64,000 bases of DNA from a bacterium (lineage in GTDB: Bacteria; UBA8248). The stretch covers positions 4,032,001 through 4,096,000 of the forward strand of contig OZ242260.1 of NCBI GenBank assembly GCA_965207065.1, written 5' to 3'. Numbering within the stretch: position 1 is the first letter of the stretch; every line of letters begins with the position of its first letter. The notes beneath the pieces are model-generated. The model worked only from the letters and a program-made list of their open reading frames with translations. It was not told the origin of the DNA and made no database searches. Both the position numbers and the translations under genes were made by a program. Shown piece by piece: positions 47,953 to 58,780 of this stretch.

Positions 47953-49248
47953 CTACATCCGATACACCGCGTCCCGAACGAAGCGCGCGAGACTCGCTTT
48001 CGTCTCGTCGCCAAAATTCTCGAACATCTCGATCGTGGCCTGCTTGCTGCCCTCCACGGCGGGCTGATCGAAAGGGTTCACCCCGCGCAGCAGGCCGCCG
48101 TATACCGCCGCCCACTGCCAGAGCGCGATGAGGCCGCATACGTCGCCTACGGCCAGGGAATCGAGCGTGAGCACCATGTGGGGAGTTCCCCTGCGCTCCG
48201 CTTCGGCGGCGACGCCCGCATGCTCCATCTGGAGAAACTCCGTACAGCTCACCCCACCCGCCAGAGCTTCATCCTCCATGAAACTTCCGACGCAAAGCGA
48301 CAGCCCCACCACGTTCTCCCGCCCGCCGAAGTATCGCTGGTTCGTGTGGTGCTGGCTCTCGGGCGCGCCCGCCCAGAGAATCGTCTGCCCGCGCCCGGCC
48401 TTGCAGTAGCTCTCATGGACGAGCTGCACGATGAGCTCGCCCGCGCCCGATAGCGCATGGGCGTAAATCGGCATGAAGACCTCCGTGCAACCCGCGTTCT
48501 CCGCCCGCCACAGTTCGAGCGCTAGATGTTTCGCCATGTTCTCGCTTAAAGGTGCTGCGGCCTTTAGTTTTTCGTGGGCGTCTGCGAAGGCCAAGTCTAT
48601 CTCGCAGGCCAGCGCGGTATTCCCCTCCAGCATCGCGAGGGGCAGGAGCGCGTTGTTCTGCGCGGCGGTGAAGCGCCCGCCCACCTCGTCGGGATGCGGG
48701 AAGGTGTCGAGATTCGCTTGGGCGACCATCTCGGCCAGTTTGCTCGGGCCGGACGAGGTAATCGCCAGGGCCGGGTAGCCGCGCTCCATCAGAAGGGCGG
48801 TCTCCTGGATCACGTTTTCGGTGTTCCCGGACTTGCTCACCGGAACGATGAGCGTGTTATCGGGATTGAACGCGCCGCCTTCGCGCAGCAACTCTCCGAA
48901 CAGACCGCTCATGTCCGTGCCGTCGAGAAGGTGCAGCTTTCTGGGAAACCCCCGCTCGTAGAGCGCCATGTAGAGCGCCCATACGTTTCGTATCGACCCC
49001 CCGTTCCCGACCACGACGACGTGTTCTTTCCCCGCCGCCGCGCTGATCTTGGCCTCCATCCCCGCAACGTCCGCGCGCTCCGTCGCGAACCAGGGCTCCC
49101 CCGGCCCGGCCTGATACCCCGCTATCAGTTCGGCGCAATGCGCGGGGTCGTCCAGAAGCTCTCTCTTCTCGCGCCAGAGGTCGTCCTTCCCCTTATCACC
49201 CAGCGGGGTCTCGAAACTCTTTAGATACAGATGCAGACTCAAACCCAA
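47953..49248 (-). CDS. pgi: Glucose-6-phosphate isomerase, divergent short form
   Basis: GNGGS, SKSGNTE, VGGRF, QLVHES, SQH, NPFDQPAVEGSK. Confidence 0.78.
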   Translation of the reverse strand: MGLSLHLYLKSFETPLGDKGKDDLWREKRELLDDPAHCAELIAGYQAGPGEPWFATERADVAGMEAKISAAAGKEHVVVVGNGGSIRNVWALYMALYERGFPRKLHLLDGTDMSGLFGELLREGGAFNPDNTLIVPVSKSGNTENVIQETALLMERGYPALAITSSGPSKLAEMVAQANLDTFPHPDEVGGRFTAAQNNALLPLAMLEGNTALACEIDLAFADAHEKLKAAAPLSENMAKHLALELWRAENAGCTEVFMPIYAHALSGAGELIVQLVHESYCKAGRGQTILWAGAPESQHHTNQRYFGGRENVVGLSLCVGSFMEDEALAGGVSCTEFLQMEHAGVAAEAERRGTPHMVLTLDSLAVGDVCGLIALWQWAAVYGGLLRGVNPFDQPAVEGSKQATIEMFENFGDETKASLARFVRDAVYRM

Positions 49249-49276
49249 GCTCCTCGTTTGTAATAACTCTTCATGA

Positions 49277-50134
49277 TCAAATCGGCCCCGCGTCGAGATG
49301 AGCCTTCATGCTGCGCAAGACGATGGGGATCAGGCCGGCGCGCGGGAGACCCAGACGCTCGAAAACGAAATCGGCCGCCTCCTGGGGTGAAACGTCATCT
49401 CCCTTCTCTGATACGGCCTCGCGCACCAGCACGTCTATCTCTCTCATATACCCTGCCCCACTCTCGATATGGTCGGTAACCGCCTCATCCCGCGAGACCG
49501 CCCGGCTCATGGCGGAGAGCAGGACGTTCACCCCTTGAAGCGCCTTCAACTTCCCGAGGCTCGCCAGCGTGCCCGCCACGCTCTCATAGATCGGTAGCGT
49601 GCCGGGTTCGGGCAGCACGTCGCCTGAGATGAGCACGCCGTCATCGGGGATGAAGAAAGAGAGGCTGCCCGCCGAGTGCCCCGGCGTGTGAACCACCCGG
49701 ACGTCAACGCCGCCCGGCGATATCTCATCCCCTCCTGCGATAAAGCCTGCGAGCTTCACGGGGCCCGACACCGCATCGCGCATCCTTCCCACCGGGCGGA
49801 CGCTGTGCTGGTAGTCCAGGTCCTCGATCATCCGCCTCTCTAATTCTGGTCCAAGGAACTCAGGCCCCGCCCGCTCGGCGATCAGGCCGTTCCCGCCGAT
49901 GTGGTCGAAATGGGAGTGCGTGAGCAGGACGTGCGCAATCTCTTCGGGCTTCCTGCCGATGGATTCGACGTAGGCGAAAATCTCAGGCGCCGTGGAGGCG
50001 ACGCCCGTGTCGATCAGGGTGAGCGTATCGCCCGCGAGGATGTAGGACGTGACGAACCTGGGGATCCGCTCGCCCGCGGGCGTCTTGATCTCGAATTCCA
50101 GCCAGAGGCAATGCACGCGCGGCGTGATCTGCAT
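49277..50134 (-). CDS. Metallo-beta-lactamase-fold hydrolase
   Basis: IDTG, THSHFDHIGG, TPGHS, SGD; start uncertain (50134 or 50182). Confidence 0.88.
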   Translation of the reverse strand: MQITPRVHCLWLEFEIKTPAGERIPRFVTSYILAGDTLTLIDTGVASTAPEIFAYVESIGRKPEEIAHVLLTHSHFDHIGGNGLIAERAGPEFLGPELERRMIEDLDYQHSVRPVGRMRDAVSGPVKLAGFIAGGDEISPGGVDVRVVHTPGHSAGSLSFFIPDDGVLISGDVLPEPGTLPIYESVAGTLASLGKLKALQGVNVLLSAMSRAVSRDEAVTDHIESGAGYMREIDVLVREAVSEKGDDVSPQEAADFVFERLGLPRAGLIPIVLRSMKAHLDAGPI

Positions 50135-50217
50135 GGAAGCATCCTTGACGATGGCGGAGAGGCGTATCGGTTCACCCGACACCGGGAATCTACCAAAACC
50201 GCAAGCCGCGCGAAACG

Positions 50218-50663
50218 GGGCTGTTGAAAAACCCTCCTCGCACGGAATTGGCCAGCACCGTCATTCCGGCGAATGCCGGAATCCAGAGCCGAGGAGAATG
50301 GCGACGCTCCGGTTTTTCATCCCCCACTCACTGGCGGGAATGCAGAAGAAACAAAGGCAAAGTCCCTGGATTCCGGCATGCGCCGGAATGACGATCAAAA
50401 GCGAAGAGCAAAACCACCCTCCCGCATTGGGCGGCGCTTTTGGAGCATCACTCCCTCGGAGGATATTTTCAACAACCCTCTTAACAGGGGGGCAAAGGCC
50501 ATGCCCCACGTCAAGGTGGTGGAAGAAAAGCCCCCCTGACAAGGGGGGTTGCTCTCTTGACAAAGATTTTTTCAACGAACCTCAAGCGGGGGAACCATTT
50601 CATAGACGTATACCGGTAGAGAAATCCATCCCTTGTTTGAAGGAGGGGTTTTTTAACAACCTC
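50218..50663. repeat. MITE-like element plus additional degenerate right ends
   Basis: GGGCTGTTGAAAAACC...TTTTCAACAACCC (to about 50479) encloses an inverted pair GTCATTCCGGCGAATGCCGGAATCCAG / CTGGATTCCGGCATGCGCCGGAATGAC; followed by CCCCCCTGACAAGGGGGG, TTTTTTCAACGAACC and TTTTTTAACAACC. Confidence 0.75.
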
Positions 50664-50871
50664 GCAACACCCTCCTACCCTGCCAGACGAACCCGGGCCC
50701 GCACCGTGAGGCGAGCGCTATTCCGCCCCTCTTTTCCTGAAATCACGAAATCCTCATCTTTTCCTCGTCCCTATCTTGCTGTATAACGCCGCATTGCGGC
50801 GCGTTGGCCTGAAAAAGCCCTTTTAAACAAACGCCCCGCCGCGCGAAAAACATTCGCCTCTGGAGAAGACG

Positions 50872-51294
50872 ATGAATACGACAGCCTTGAGCCTCACCCT
50901 GCTCGCCGTCCTGTGCTTCGGCGTCTGGGGATTCTTCATGAAGCTGGGCCAGGAGCGCCTGGGCGCGATGCCGCACCTCATGGGAATGGGCGTCACCACC
51001 GCCGTCGTCGTCGTCATCGCCGTTATAAGCAGGCAGTTCCCGCTCCCGCCGATGCGCCTGGACGTCATGTGGTTGCCCGTGGTCGCCACGGTGGCCACCC
51101 TGCTGGCCATGCTCTTCCTGGTGCTGGCCTTGGCGAAGGCCGAGGGCCAGACGGCGGGCGTGGTGGCGCTTTCGGCGCTGTATCCGGGCGTCACGGCGAT
51201 TCTGGCGGCGCTCTTTCTGGGCGAGGGCTTCACGCCCGCCAAGGTGGGTGGACTCGTCTGCGCCGCCCTGGCCGCATTCCTGTTCACCCGCTAG
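50872..51294 (+). CDS. Single-repeat EamA/DMT family protein
   Basis: FGVWGFFMK, ALYPGVT, LFLGE. Confidence 0.85.
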   Translation: MNTTALSLTLLAVLCFGVWGFFMKLGQERLGAMPHLMGMGVTTAVVVVIAVISRQFPLPPMRLDVMWLPVVATVATLLAMLFLVLALAKAEGQTAGVVALSALYPGVTAILAALFLGEGFTPAKVGGLVCAALAAFLFTR

Positions 51295-51311
51295 GTGGAT
51301 ATCCTTAAACC

Positions 51312-53459
51312 ATGACGACCAAACGCGGACTTCGCATCGGCATCGACACGGGCGGCACGTTCACCGACGTGGTCGGCGTGCGCTCCGACACCGGCGAGGT
51401 CTTCACCACCAAGACGCCGACGACGCCCGCCGACTTCAGCGAGGGCCTCATTCAGGGCATCCGGAAAATACTGTCGGAGACCAAGGTCCGCCCCGCCATG
51501 GTGAACGGCGTGTTCCACGGCACGACGGTGGCGACGAACGCCATCCTGGAGCGCCGCTTCGAGGATCTGGGGTTCATCGTCACGAGCGGGTTCCGCCATC
51601 TGCTGGAAATCGGCGGAGCGAACGGCTCGGCGAAGGCCAATTACGCCGCCTCACTGCTCGTAAAGCCCCGCGACGCGCTGGTGCCCCCCGAGCGGGTCCG
51701 AGAGGCGAAGGAGAGAATCACCGCATCAGGTGAGGTCTTGGAATCTCTCGGTGAGCAGGACACCCTCAGGCTCGCCAGGTGGTTCAAGGGGCAGAAGATC
51801 GGCTCCGTGGGCGTCTGCCTGCTCCACGCCTACGCGAACCCGGCGCACGAGGAATTGATTCTCGAAGCCTTCGAGCGCGAATACCCCGAATGTTTCGTGA
51901 GCATATCGAGCGAGGTGATCCCCGAACCGGGCGAATACGAGCGCGCCATCACCACGCTGCTCGATGCGTGCATCAAGCCGCGCATCAAGGCCTATATCGA
52001 GAGCGCTTCCAAAAAAATCGAAGATACCCTGGGCGGCGCGCCCTTCATGATCATGAAGAGCAACGGGGGGGTCTCCACCGCGCGCGAAATCGCCAAGCGG
52101 CCCATCGGCACCGTGCTCTCGGGGCCTGCCGCGGGCGCGCTCTCCGCCGCATTTCTGGGGAAACTCTCGGGGCATGAGCAGCTCATCACACTGGATGGGG
52201 GCGGCACCTCGACGGACATCGCCGTCATCGAGGGCGGAGAAGCCAAGCGCGCCACCCGGCACCAGCTCGATGAGTTTTACCTGAGGATGCCGATGATCGA
52301 CGTCGTCACCATCGGCACCGGGGGCGGGTCGGTCGCGTGGCGAAGCCCCGAGGGGAGGCTGCGCGTCGGCCCCCGGAGCGCGGGCGCGGACCCCGGCCCC
52401 ATCTGCTACGGCAAGGGCGGCGAGGAGCCCACCCTCACCGACGCGAACCTACTCCTCGCCCGAAGCCCGCTCCATCTCGCGGGCGGCGAGGTGAAGCTCA
52501 ACAAGGCCCTCGCCATGAAGGCCATGCGCGGTCTGGCGCGCGAATTCGACATGAGCCCCCACGAGATGGCCTCGGGCGTGGTCGAAATCGCCGCCTGGAA
52601 CCAGACCCACGCCGTGCGCCGCGCGACGGTGCAGCGGGGGATTTCTCCCAAAAACTTCGCCCTGATGGCTTTCGGCGGGTCCGGCCCCCTGACGGCGGGC
52701 CTGGTGGCCGAGCTGCTCGAGATCGACACCGTCATCGTGCCGCCCTTCGCGGGCATGACGAGCGCCTTCGGGCTGGAAGTCGTCGACCTCGTGAACGACC
52801 ACGCGGCGGCCCACTATCAATCCGAAGAAAACGTCAAGCCCGAAGCCCTGGGCGACGCCTATGAAAAACTGGAAGCCCAGGCTGCGGCGGGCCTCGAAAA
52901 CGAGGGGGTCCCCCCCCACCGACGGATGATGCGGCGCACTGCAGAGATGCGCTACCAGGGAGAGGCCACCGAGATCGAAGTCGACGTGCCCGGCGGTTAC
53001 CTCACGCCGCCGGTGCTGGCGGAAGCCTTTGAGCGCTTCCACACCCTCTACCAGCACCGCTACACCTACAACCACAAGGGCAGCCGGCCGGTCGAGATCG
53101 TGCACCTGCGCGTCACGGGAGTCGGCATGACGGAGCCGCCCAACCTGCCCCTCATCCCCGCGGGCGACGACAGCCCCGAAGAAGCCTACAAGGGCGCGCG
53201 CCTCGTCTGGTTCAAGGAACTGGGCGGGTTCCACGACACGCCGGTTTACTACCGGGAGCGGCTGCTCGAGGGCAACTACATTCCGGGACCGGCCATCGTG
53301 GAGAGCTTCGGCAGCACGACGGCCATCTTCCCCAGGCAGGAAGCCCGGGTGGACAGGTACGGCAACCTGGTGATGCGCTTCCGATCGGAAGTCTTCGAGC
53401 GCGACGAGCGCGCCGGCAGGCCGACGGGCGATCACGGCGTGGGAGCGGCCTGGGGATGA
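51312..53459 (+). CDS. Hydantoinase/5-oxoprolinase subunit A (ATP-binding)
   Basis: GIDTGGTFTD, HGTTVATN, SGPAAG, DGGGTSTD, GPRSAGADPGP. Confidence 0.93.
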   Translation: MTTKRGLRIGIDTGGTFTDVVGVRSDTGEVFTTKTPTTPADFSEGLIQGIRKILSETKVRPAMVNGVFHGTTVATNAILERRFEDLGFIVTSGFRHLLEIGGANGSAKANYAASLLVKPRDALVPPERVREAKERITASGEVLESLGEQDTLRLARWFKGQKIGSVGVCLLHAYANPAHEELILEAFEREYPECFVSISSEVIPEPGEYERAITTLLDACIKPRIKAYIESASKKIEDTLGGAPFMIMKSNGGVSTAREIAKRPIGTVLSGPAAGALSAAFLGKLSGHEQLITLDGGGTSTDIAVIEGGEAKRATRHQLDEFYLRMPMIDVVTIGTGGGSVAWRSPEGRLRVGPRSAGADPGPICYGKGGEEPTLTDANLLLARSPLHLAGGEVKLNKALAMKAMRGLAREFDMSPHEMASGVVEIAAWNQTHAVRRATVQRGISPKNFALMAFGGSGPLTAGLVAELLEIDTVIVPPFAGMTSAFGLEVVDLVNDHAAAHYQSEENVKPEALGDAYEKLEAQAAAGLENEGVPPHRRMMRRTAEMRYQGEATEIEVDVPGGYLTPPVLAEAFERFHTLYQHRYTYNHKGSRPVEIVHLRVTGVGMTEPPNLPLIPAGDDSPEEAYKGARLVWFKELGGFHDTPVYYRERLLEGNYIPGPAIVESFGSTTAIFPRQEARVDRYGNLVMRFRSEVFERDERAGRPTGDHGVGAAWG

Positions 53460-55168
53460 ATGCAAACCCGATTGTGAGCGAAATTCTCGCAGGCGCGCTT
53501 CGCGCCATCGAAGAGGAAGTCGAGGACCTCCTTGCGCGCATCTGGCGAAGCCCCTCGCTGCGCGACGCGGGCGATTTCTCGGTCTGCCTCTTCGACCGCT
53601 TCGGACGCGCGCTCACCGGGCGGGTGCTCGCCACCGGCCCCGCGCCCGTCATGAGCGCGTTCCCCGAAATGGCCGAGGGCGACGTTTTCCTCCACAACGA
53701 CCCTTACATGCCTCCTGCGGGCCTGGGCGAGGCAGCCGAGCTCTGCCTGACCCGCCCCCTGTTCGCGGACGGCGCGCTCATCGCCTTCTTACAAGTCAGG
53801 GGCCGCCACGACGACCTGGGCGGCGCGCTCCCCGGCGGGGCGAGCGTCGGCTCGCGCGAGAGCTATCACGAAGGGGTCCTCATCCCGCCGGTGCGGATAG
53901 CGCGCGGCGATGAGACGATCGAGGACATCAAGACGCTGCTCCTGCGGAACAGCCGCCAGGCCCATCACCTGGGCGATGACATCGACGCCCAACTCGGCGC
54001 GCTCCGCGTCGGCGCGGCGCGTCTCAAGGATCTGACGAGGCGATACGGCGCGGAGAACCTGACGGCCTGTTTCGCCGATCTGCTGAGAGAGTGCGAACTC
54101 GCGTTCCGCGGCCAGCTCATCCCGCAACTCCCCGAGAAGAGCTGGACGGCGCGCACCGCCGTCGAAACGGACGGCTTGAACGGTCCCCACGAACTCGCGC
54201 TCACCCTCACGCGGCGAAAGGACACCCTGCATATCGAACTGGACGCGGCGCCCCAGGCGCGCGGCCCCATCAACTGTCCCCTGGAGGGAGAAGGCGCGCA
54301 GTTCCTGACCCGCCTCGTAGCTCCCATGCTGCTCCACCTGCAGGACGAGGCGGGCGAGACGCCCCTGAACGACGGTGCCTTGCGGGGGTTTCAGGTGCAC
54401 TTGCCCGAACCCGGCACCATACTCACCCCCCGTTTCCCGGCCCCGACGGGCTTGAGAGCGCTGACTCTCGGCAAGCTGCTCTCGGCGTTCGGCAAGGCGC
54501 TCTTCGAGGCGTCTGGCGGACGCACGCCCACCGGCTTCGACAACCTGCGGACGCTCAGTTTCTGGGGGCACGACGAAAAAGGCGGTTTCCACCTGCTCAG
54601 GGAAGCGCTGGGCGCAGGCGCGGGCGCGGGCATGAAAGGGGACGGGGCGTCCGCCGTTCCTCCGCTGGGTGCTACCGGCGGCATGCCCGTCGAGGTGATG
54701 GAGGCGCGCTATCCGGTGCGGGTCGAGGCGATGGGGCTGGCGCAGGATTCTGGCGGCGCGGGCGCGCGGCGCGGCGGCCTGGGCGTTTTCAGAGACTACC
54801 GGATGCTCATCGACGGCGTATCGGCGAGCGCGGCGGGAAGCGCCGAAGCCGGCCCCGCGGGCGGCCCTGGCGCATCGGCCGGAAAGCCTTATGAGATGCG
54901 CCATCGCTCGGGGAAAAAGAGCGCGCAGGCCCCTGCGGTCGGTGCGTCCACGGCGTTCTCCAAAGACGATTCGATTCGCGTCTCCACCCCCGGCGGCGGC
55001 GGATGGGGCGACCCGATGGAGCGCGACCCCGAGGACGTGCGGGCCGACGTTCTGCGCGGCTTCGTCTCACCCAGGGCGGCGGAGTCTGCCTACGGCGTGG
55101 TTCTGGGAGGCGCGCCGGGATTCAAGATCGACGAGGAAACCACCAGAAAACGCAGGCAAGGAGAATAA
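53456..55168 (+). CDS. Hydantoinase B/5-oxoprolinase subunit B-like
   Basis: NDPY, HDDLGG, EGVLIPPV, DSGGAGARRGG, TPGGGGWGDP; several expected His ligands are not seen. Confidence 0.85.
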   Translation: MNANPIVSEILAGALRAIEEEVEDLLARIWRSPSLRDAGDFSVCLFDRFGRALTGRVLATGPAPVMSAFPEMAEGDVFLHNDPYMPPAGLGEAAELCLTRPLFADGALIAFLQVRGRHDDLGGALPGGASVGSRESYHEGVLIPPVRIARGDETIEDIKTLLLRNSRQAHHLGDDIDAQLGALRVGAARLKDLTRRYGAENLTACFADLLRECELAFRGQLIPQLPEKSWTARTAVETDGLNGPHELALTLTRRKDTLHIELDAAPQARGPINCPLEGEGAQFLTRLVAPMLLHLQDEAGETPLNDGALRGFQVHLPEPGTILTPRFPAPTGLRALTLGKLLSAFGKALFEASGGRTPTGFDNLRTLSFWGHDEKGGFHLLREALGAGAGAGMKGDGASAVPPLGATGGMPVEVMEARYPVRVEAMGLAQDSGGAGARRGGLGVFRDYRMLIDGVSASAAGSAEAGPAGGPGASAGKPYEMRHRSGKKSAQAPAVGASTAFSKDDSIRVSTPGGGGWGDPMERDPEDVRADVLRGFVSPRAAESAYGVVLGGAPGFKIDEETTRKRRQGE

Positions 55169-55296
55169 TTACGCACTTTCTTCCTCAACCTGGTGGAATC
55201 AGGGCGCAAAGGGCGGTAAAAACCACGGGGCGCACTTGGAGCCGCCCATCGTATCGGGTAGAATCCGCCCGCGCAGGAATCAATGAACACCCGTAA

Positions 55297-56358
<1,062 letters not shown>

Positions 56359-56372
56359 GGGGCTTCAAATAA

Positions 56373-57596
56373 ATGGCGACGATCACGAGCAACATCGAAA
56401 ACGGCGACCCGAAACTAGGCGTCGAGGACGTCGACGTCGCGGGCAAGCGGGTCTTCCTGCGCGTCGATTTCAACGTGCCGCTCGACGATCAGGGGCACAT
56501 CACCGACGACGCCCGCATCCGGGCGGCCCTGCCCACCATCAACTATCTGCTGGATGAGGGCGCGCGGGTCGTCATCGGCTCCCACATCGGCCGACCGAAG
56601 GGAAAGGTCGACCCGAGAAATTCCTTCGCCCCGGTCGCAAAGCGCCTGGCCAGGCTTCTCGAGAAGGAATGTCCCCTGGCTCCCACCCCCACGGGCGCGG
56701 AGACCCGGAGCATGGCGGAGGAGATGAGGCCCGGCCAGGTGCTCCTGCTGGAGAATCTCCGGTTTCACCCGGGCGAGGAGAAAAACGACGATAAATTCGC
56801 CCGCGAACTCGCCTCATTGGCCGATATCTACATCGGCGATGCGTTCGGCAACGCTCACCGCAACCACGCCTCGATGTCGGCGATCACGAAATTCCTGAAC
56901 CCCGCCGTCGCCGGTTTCCTGATGATCAAGGAGGTCAGCTACTTAAGCGGCGCGGTGAACAACCCGATGCGCCCGGTGGTGGCGATCGTCGGGGGCGCGA
57001 AGGCGAGCGCCAAAATCGGCATCGTCGAGCGCATCCTCCCCAAGATGGACAAGATCGTCATCGGGGGCGGCATGGCGGGCACCTTCCACCGCGCGCTGGG
57101 CTACGAGATGGGAAACAGCCTGGTCGAGGAACACATGGTGGACACGGCGCGCTCAATCATCGACAAGGCGAAGGAGCTGGAGGTGAAGTTCTACCTCCCC
57201 TGCGACTACGTGATCGCGGACAAGTTCGAGGCCTCGGCGGAAACCAAGGTGGTGCCCGCGCAGGAAGTGCCGGAGGAGTGGTACGCGCTCGACATCGGAC
57301 CGGCGAGCACCACCCTGTTCGGCGAGGTGCTCCAGGATGCGAAAACCATCATCTGGAACGGGCCGATGGGCGTGTTCGAGGTGGACGCCTTCTCGCGCGG
57401 CACCTACGCCATGGTGAACCACGTGGCGAATTCCTACGCGCTGACGATAGTGGGCGGCGGCGATACGGACGTGGCCGTTCACGCGGCGGGAGAATCGCGC
57501 CGCATCTCATACATCAGCACGGGAGGCGGCGCCTTCCTGGAACTGCTCGAGGGAAAAGAACTCCCCGGCCTCGCCTGTCTCACGGACAAAAACTAA
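56373..57596 (+). CDS. pgk: Phosphoglycerate kinase
   Basis: RVDFNVP, LLENLRF, WNGPMGVFE, STGGGA. Confidence 0.98.
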   Translation: MATITSNIENGDPKLGVEDVDVAGKRVFLRVDFNVPLDDQGHITDDARIRAALPTINYLLDEGARVVIGSHIGRPKGKVDPRNSFAPVAKRLARLLEKECPLAPTPTGAETRSMAEEMRPGQVLLLENLRFHPGEEKNDDKFARELASLADIYIGDAFGNAHRNHASMSAITKFLNPAVAGFLMIKEVSYLSGAVNNPMRPVVAIVGGAKASAKIGIVERILPKMDKIVIGGGMAGTFHRALGYEMGNSLVEEHMVDTARSIIDKAKELEVKFYLPCDYVIADKFEASAETKVVPAQEVPEEWYALDIGPASTTLFGEVLQDAKTIIWNGPMGVFEVDAFSRGTYAMVNHVANSYALTIVGGGDTDVAVHAAGESRRISYISTGGGAFLELLEGKELPGLACLTDKN

Positions 57597-57621
57597 ATAA
57601 CCAATTAAAGAGGACCTCACG

Positions 57622-58404
57622 ATGCGGCGCGCCCTCGTGGCCGGCAACTGGAAGATGAACAAGACGATTGAAGAGGCGAGAACGCTCGCGCGCGAAGTGG
57701 CCGAGGGCGTCGCAGGGGATGGACTCTCTCAAGCGGACGTCCTGCTGGGTCCTCCTTATCTCGCCCTTGTAGCGGTCGTGGAGGCGGTCTCGGGGAGCGC
57801 TGTCGGCGTCGCCGGACAGAATTGCGCCCACCAGGCCGACGGCGCATACACCGGCGAGGTGAGCGTCTCGATGCTCCGGGATGCGGGCGCGACCCACGTT
57901 ATCCTCGGGCACAGCGAAAGGCGCGAGTTGATGGGAGAAGGTGACGGCCTCGTTGCCCGCAAGTCGAAGGCGGCCAGCGCGGGCGGCCTCACCCCCATCA
58001 TCTGCCTCGGGGAACCATTTACGACGAGGCGGGCCGGGACGACGCTCACGCGCATCGCCCACCAGGTCGAGCACTCGATCCAGGGCGCGTTCGGCTCCCC
58101 TCCTCCGGGGGGGTTCATTGTCGCGTATGAACCCGTGTGGGCCATCGGCACGGGCCTCACGGCCACGCCCGAACAGGCCCAGGAGACGCACGCCTTCATC
58201 CGCGAGCGTCTGGAAGGAATTTTCGGCTTGGAATGCGCGCAGGAAACGCGTATCTTATACGGTGGCAGCGTGAAACCGGATAATGCCGCGGATTTGTTCG
58301 CACAGCCCGACATCGACGGCGGCCTCATCGGCGGGGCGAGCCTGAACAGCGCAGACTTTTTGGAAATCATCCGCGCCGCGCAGATGGATTCCGCATCGAC
58401 ATGA
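57622..58404 (+). CDS. tpiA: Triosephosphate isomerase
   Basis: AGNWKMN, GHSERR, AYEPVWAIGTG, LYGGSV. Confidence 0.98.
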   Translation: MRRALVAGNWKMNKTIEEARTLAREVAEGVAGDGLSQADVLLGPPYLALVAVVEAVSGSAVGVAGQNCAHQADGAYTGEVSVSMLRDAGATHVILGHSERRELMGEGDGLVARKSKAASAGGLTPIICLGEPFTTRRAGTTLTRIAHQVEHSIQGAFGSPPPGGFIVAYEPVWAIGTGLTATPEQAQETHAFIRERLEGIFGLECAQETRILYGGSVKPDNAADLFAQPDIDGGLIGGASLNSADFLEIIRAAQMDSAST

Positions 58405-58417
58405 GAAGAGTGAGAAA

Positions 58418-58735
58418 ATGACGATAGTCTTGACAGTATTGCATGTGGCCGTTGCGCTTTGCCTGATCCTCTCCGTGCTTCTCCAGGCGGGCAAGGGCGG
58501 CGGAATGGGCGCCGCCTTCGGCGGTTCGAGCGACACGATGTTCGGCACGCGGGGGCCGGTGAACTTTCTGAGCAAAGTCACGACCGGCGCCGCCGTCCTG
58601 TTCATGGTGACATCGCTTATGCTCACCTATATCGGCTCGCAGGGCGCCAACCAGGGCGGCTCGATAGTACCCGCAGCACCCGTGCAGTCCGCGCCCGCAC
58701 AAACTCCGAGCCCCGCCGCCCCGGAAAAGAAATAA
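58418..58735 (+). CDS. secG: Preprotein translocase subunit SecG
   Basis: VLLQAGKGGGMGAAFGG, FLSKVT; follows tpiA. Confidence 0.95.
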   Translation: MTIVLTVLHVAVALCLILSVLLQAGKGGGMGAAFGGSSDTMFGTRGPVNFLSKVTTGAAVLFMVTSLMLTYIGSQGANQGGSIVPAAPVQSAPAQTPSPAAPEKK

Positions 58736-58780
58736 GCGGGCGAGACTGGCGCCACCGTTCGCGCGCGCTGAGGGTCGACG

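Noticed and set aside
50049-50786. ORFs across repeat clusters (also 9823-10338, 44256-44562, 47548-47849)
   Set aside because: They are translations of REP/MITE sequence (for example VIPAFAGMT, PPLRGSRR) with no coding signature.
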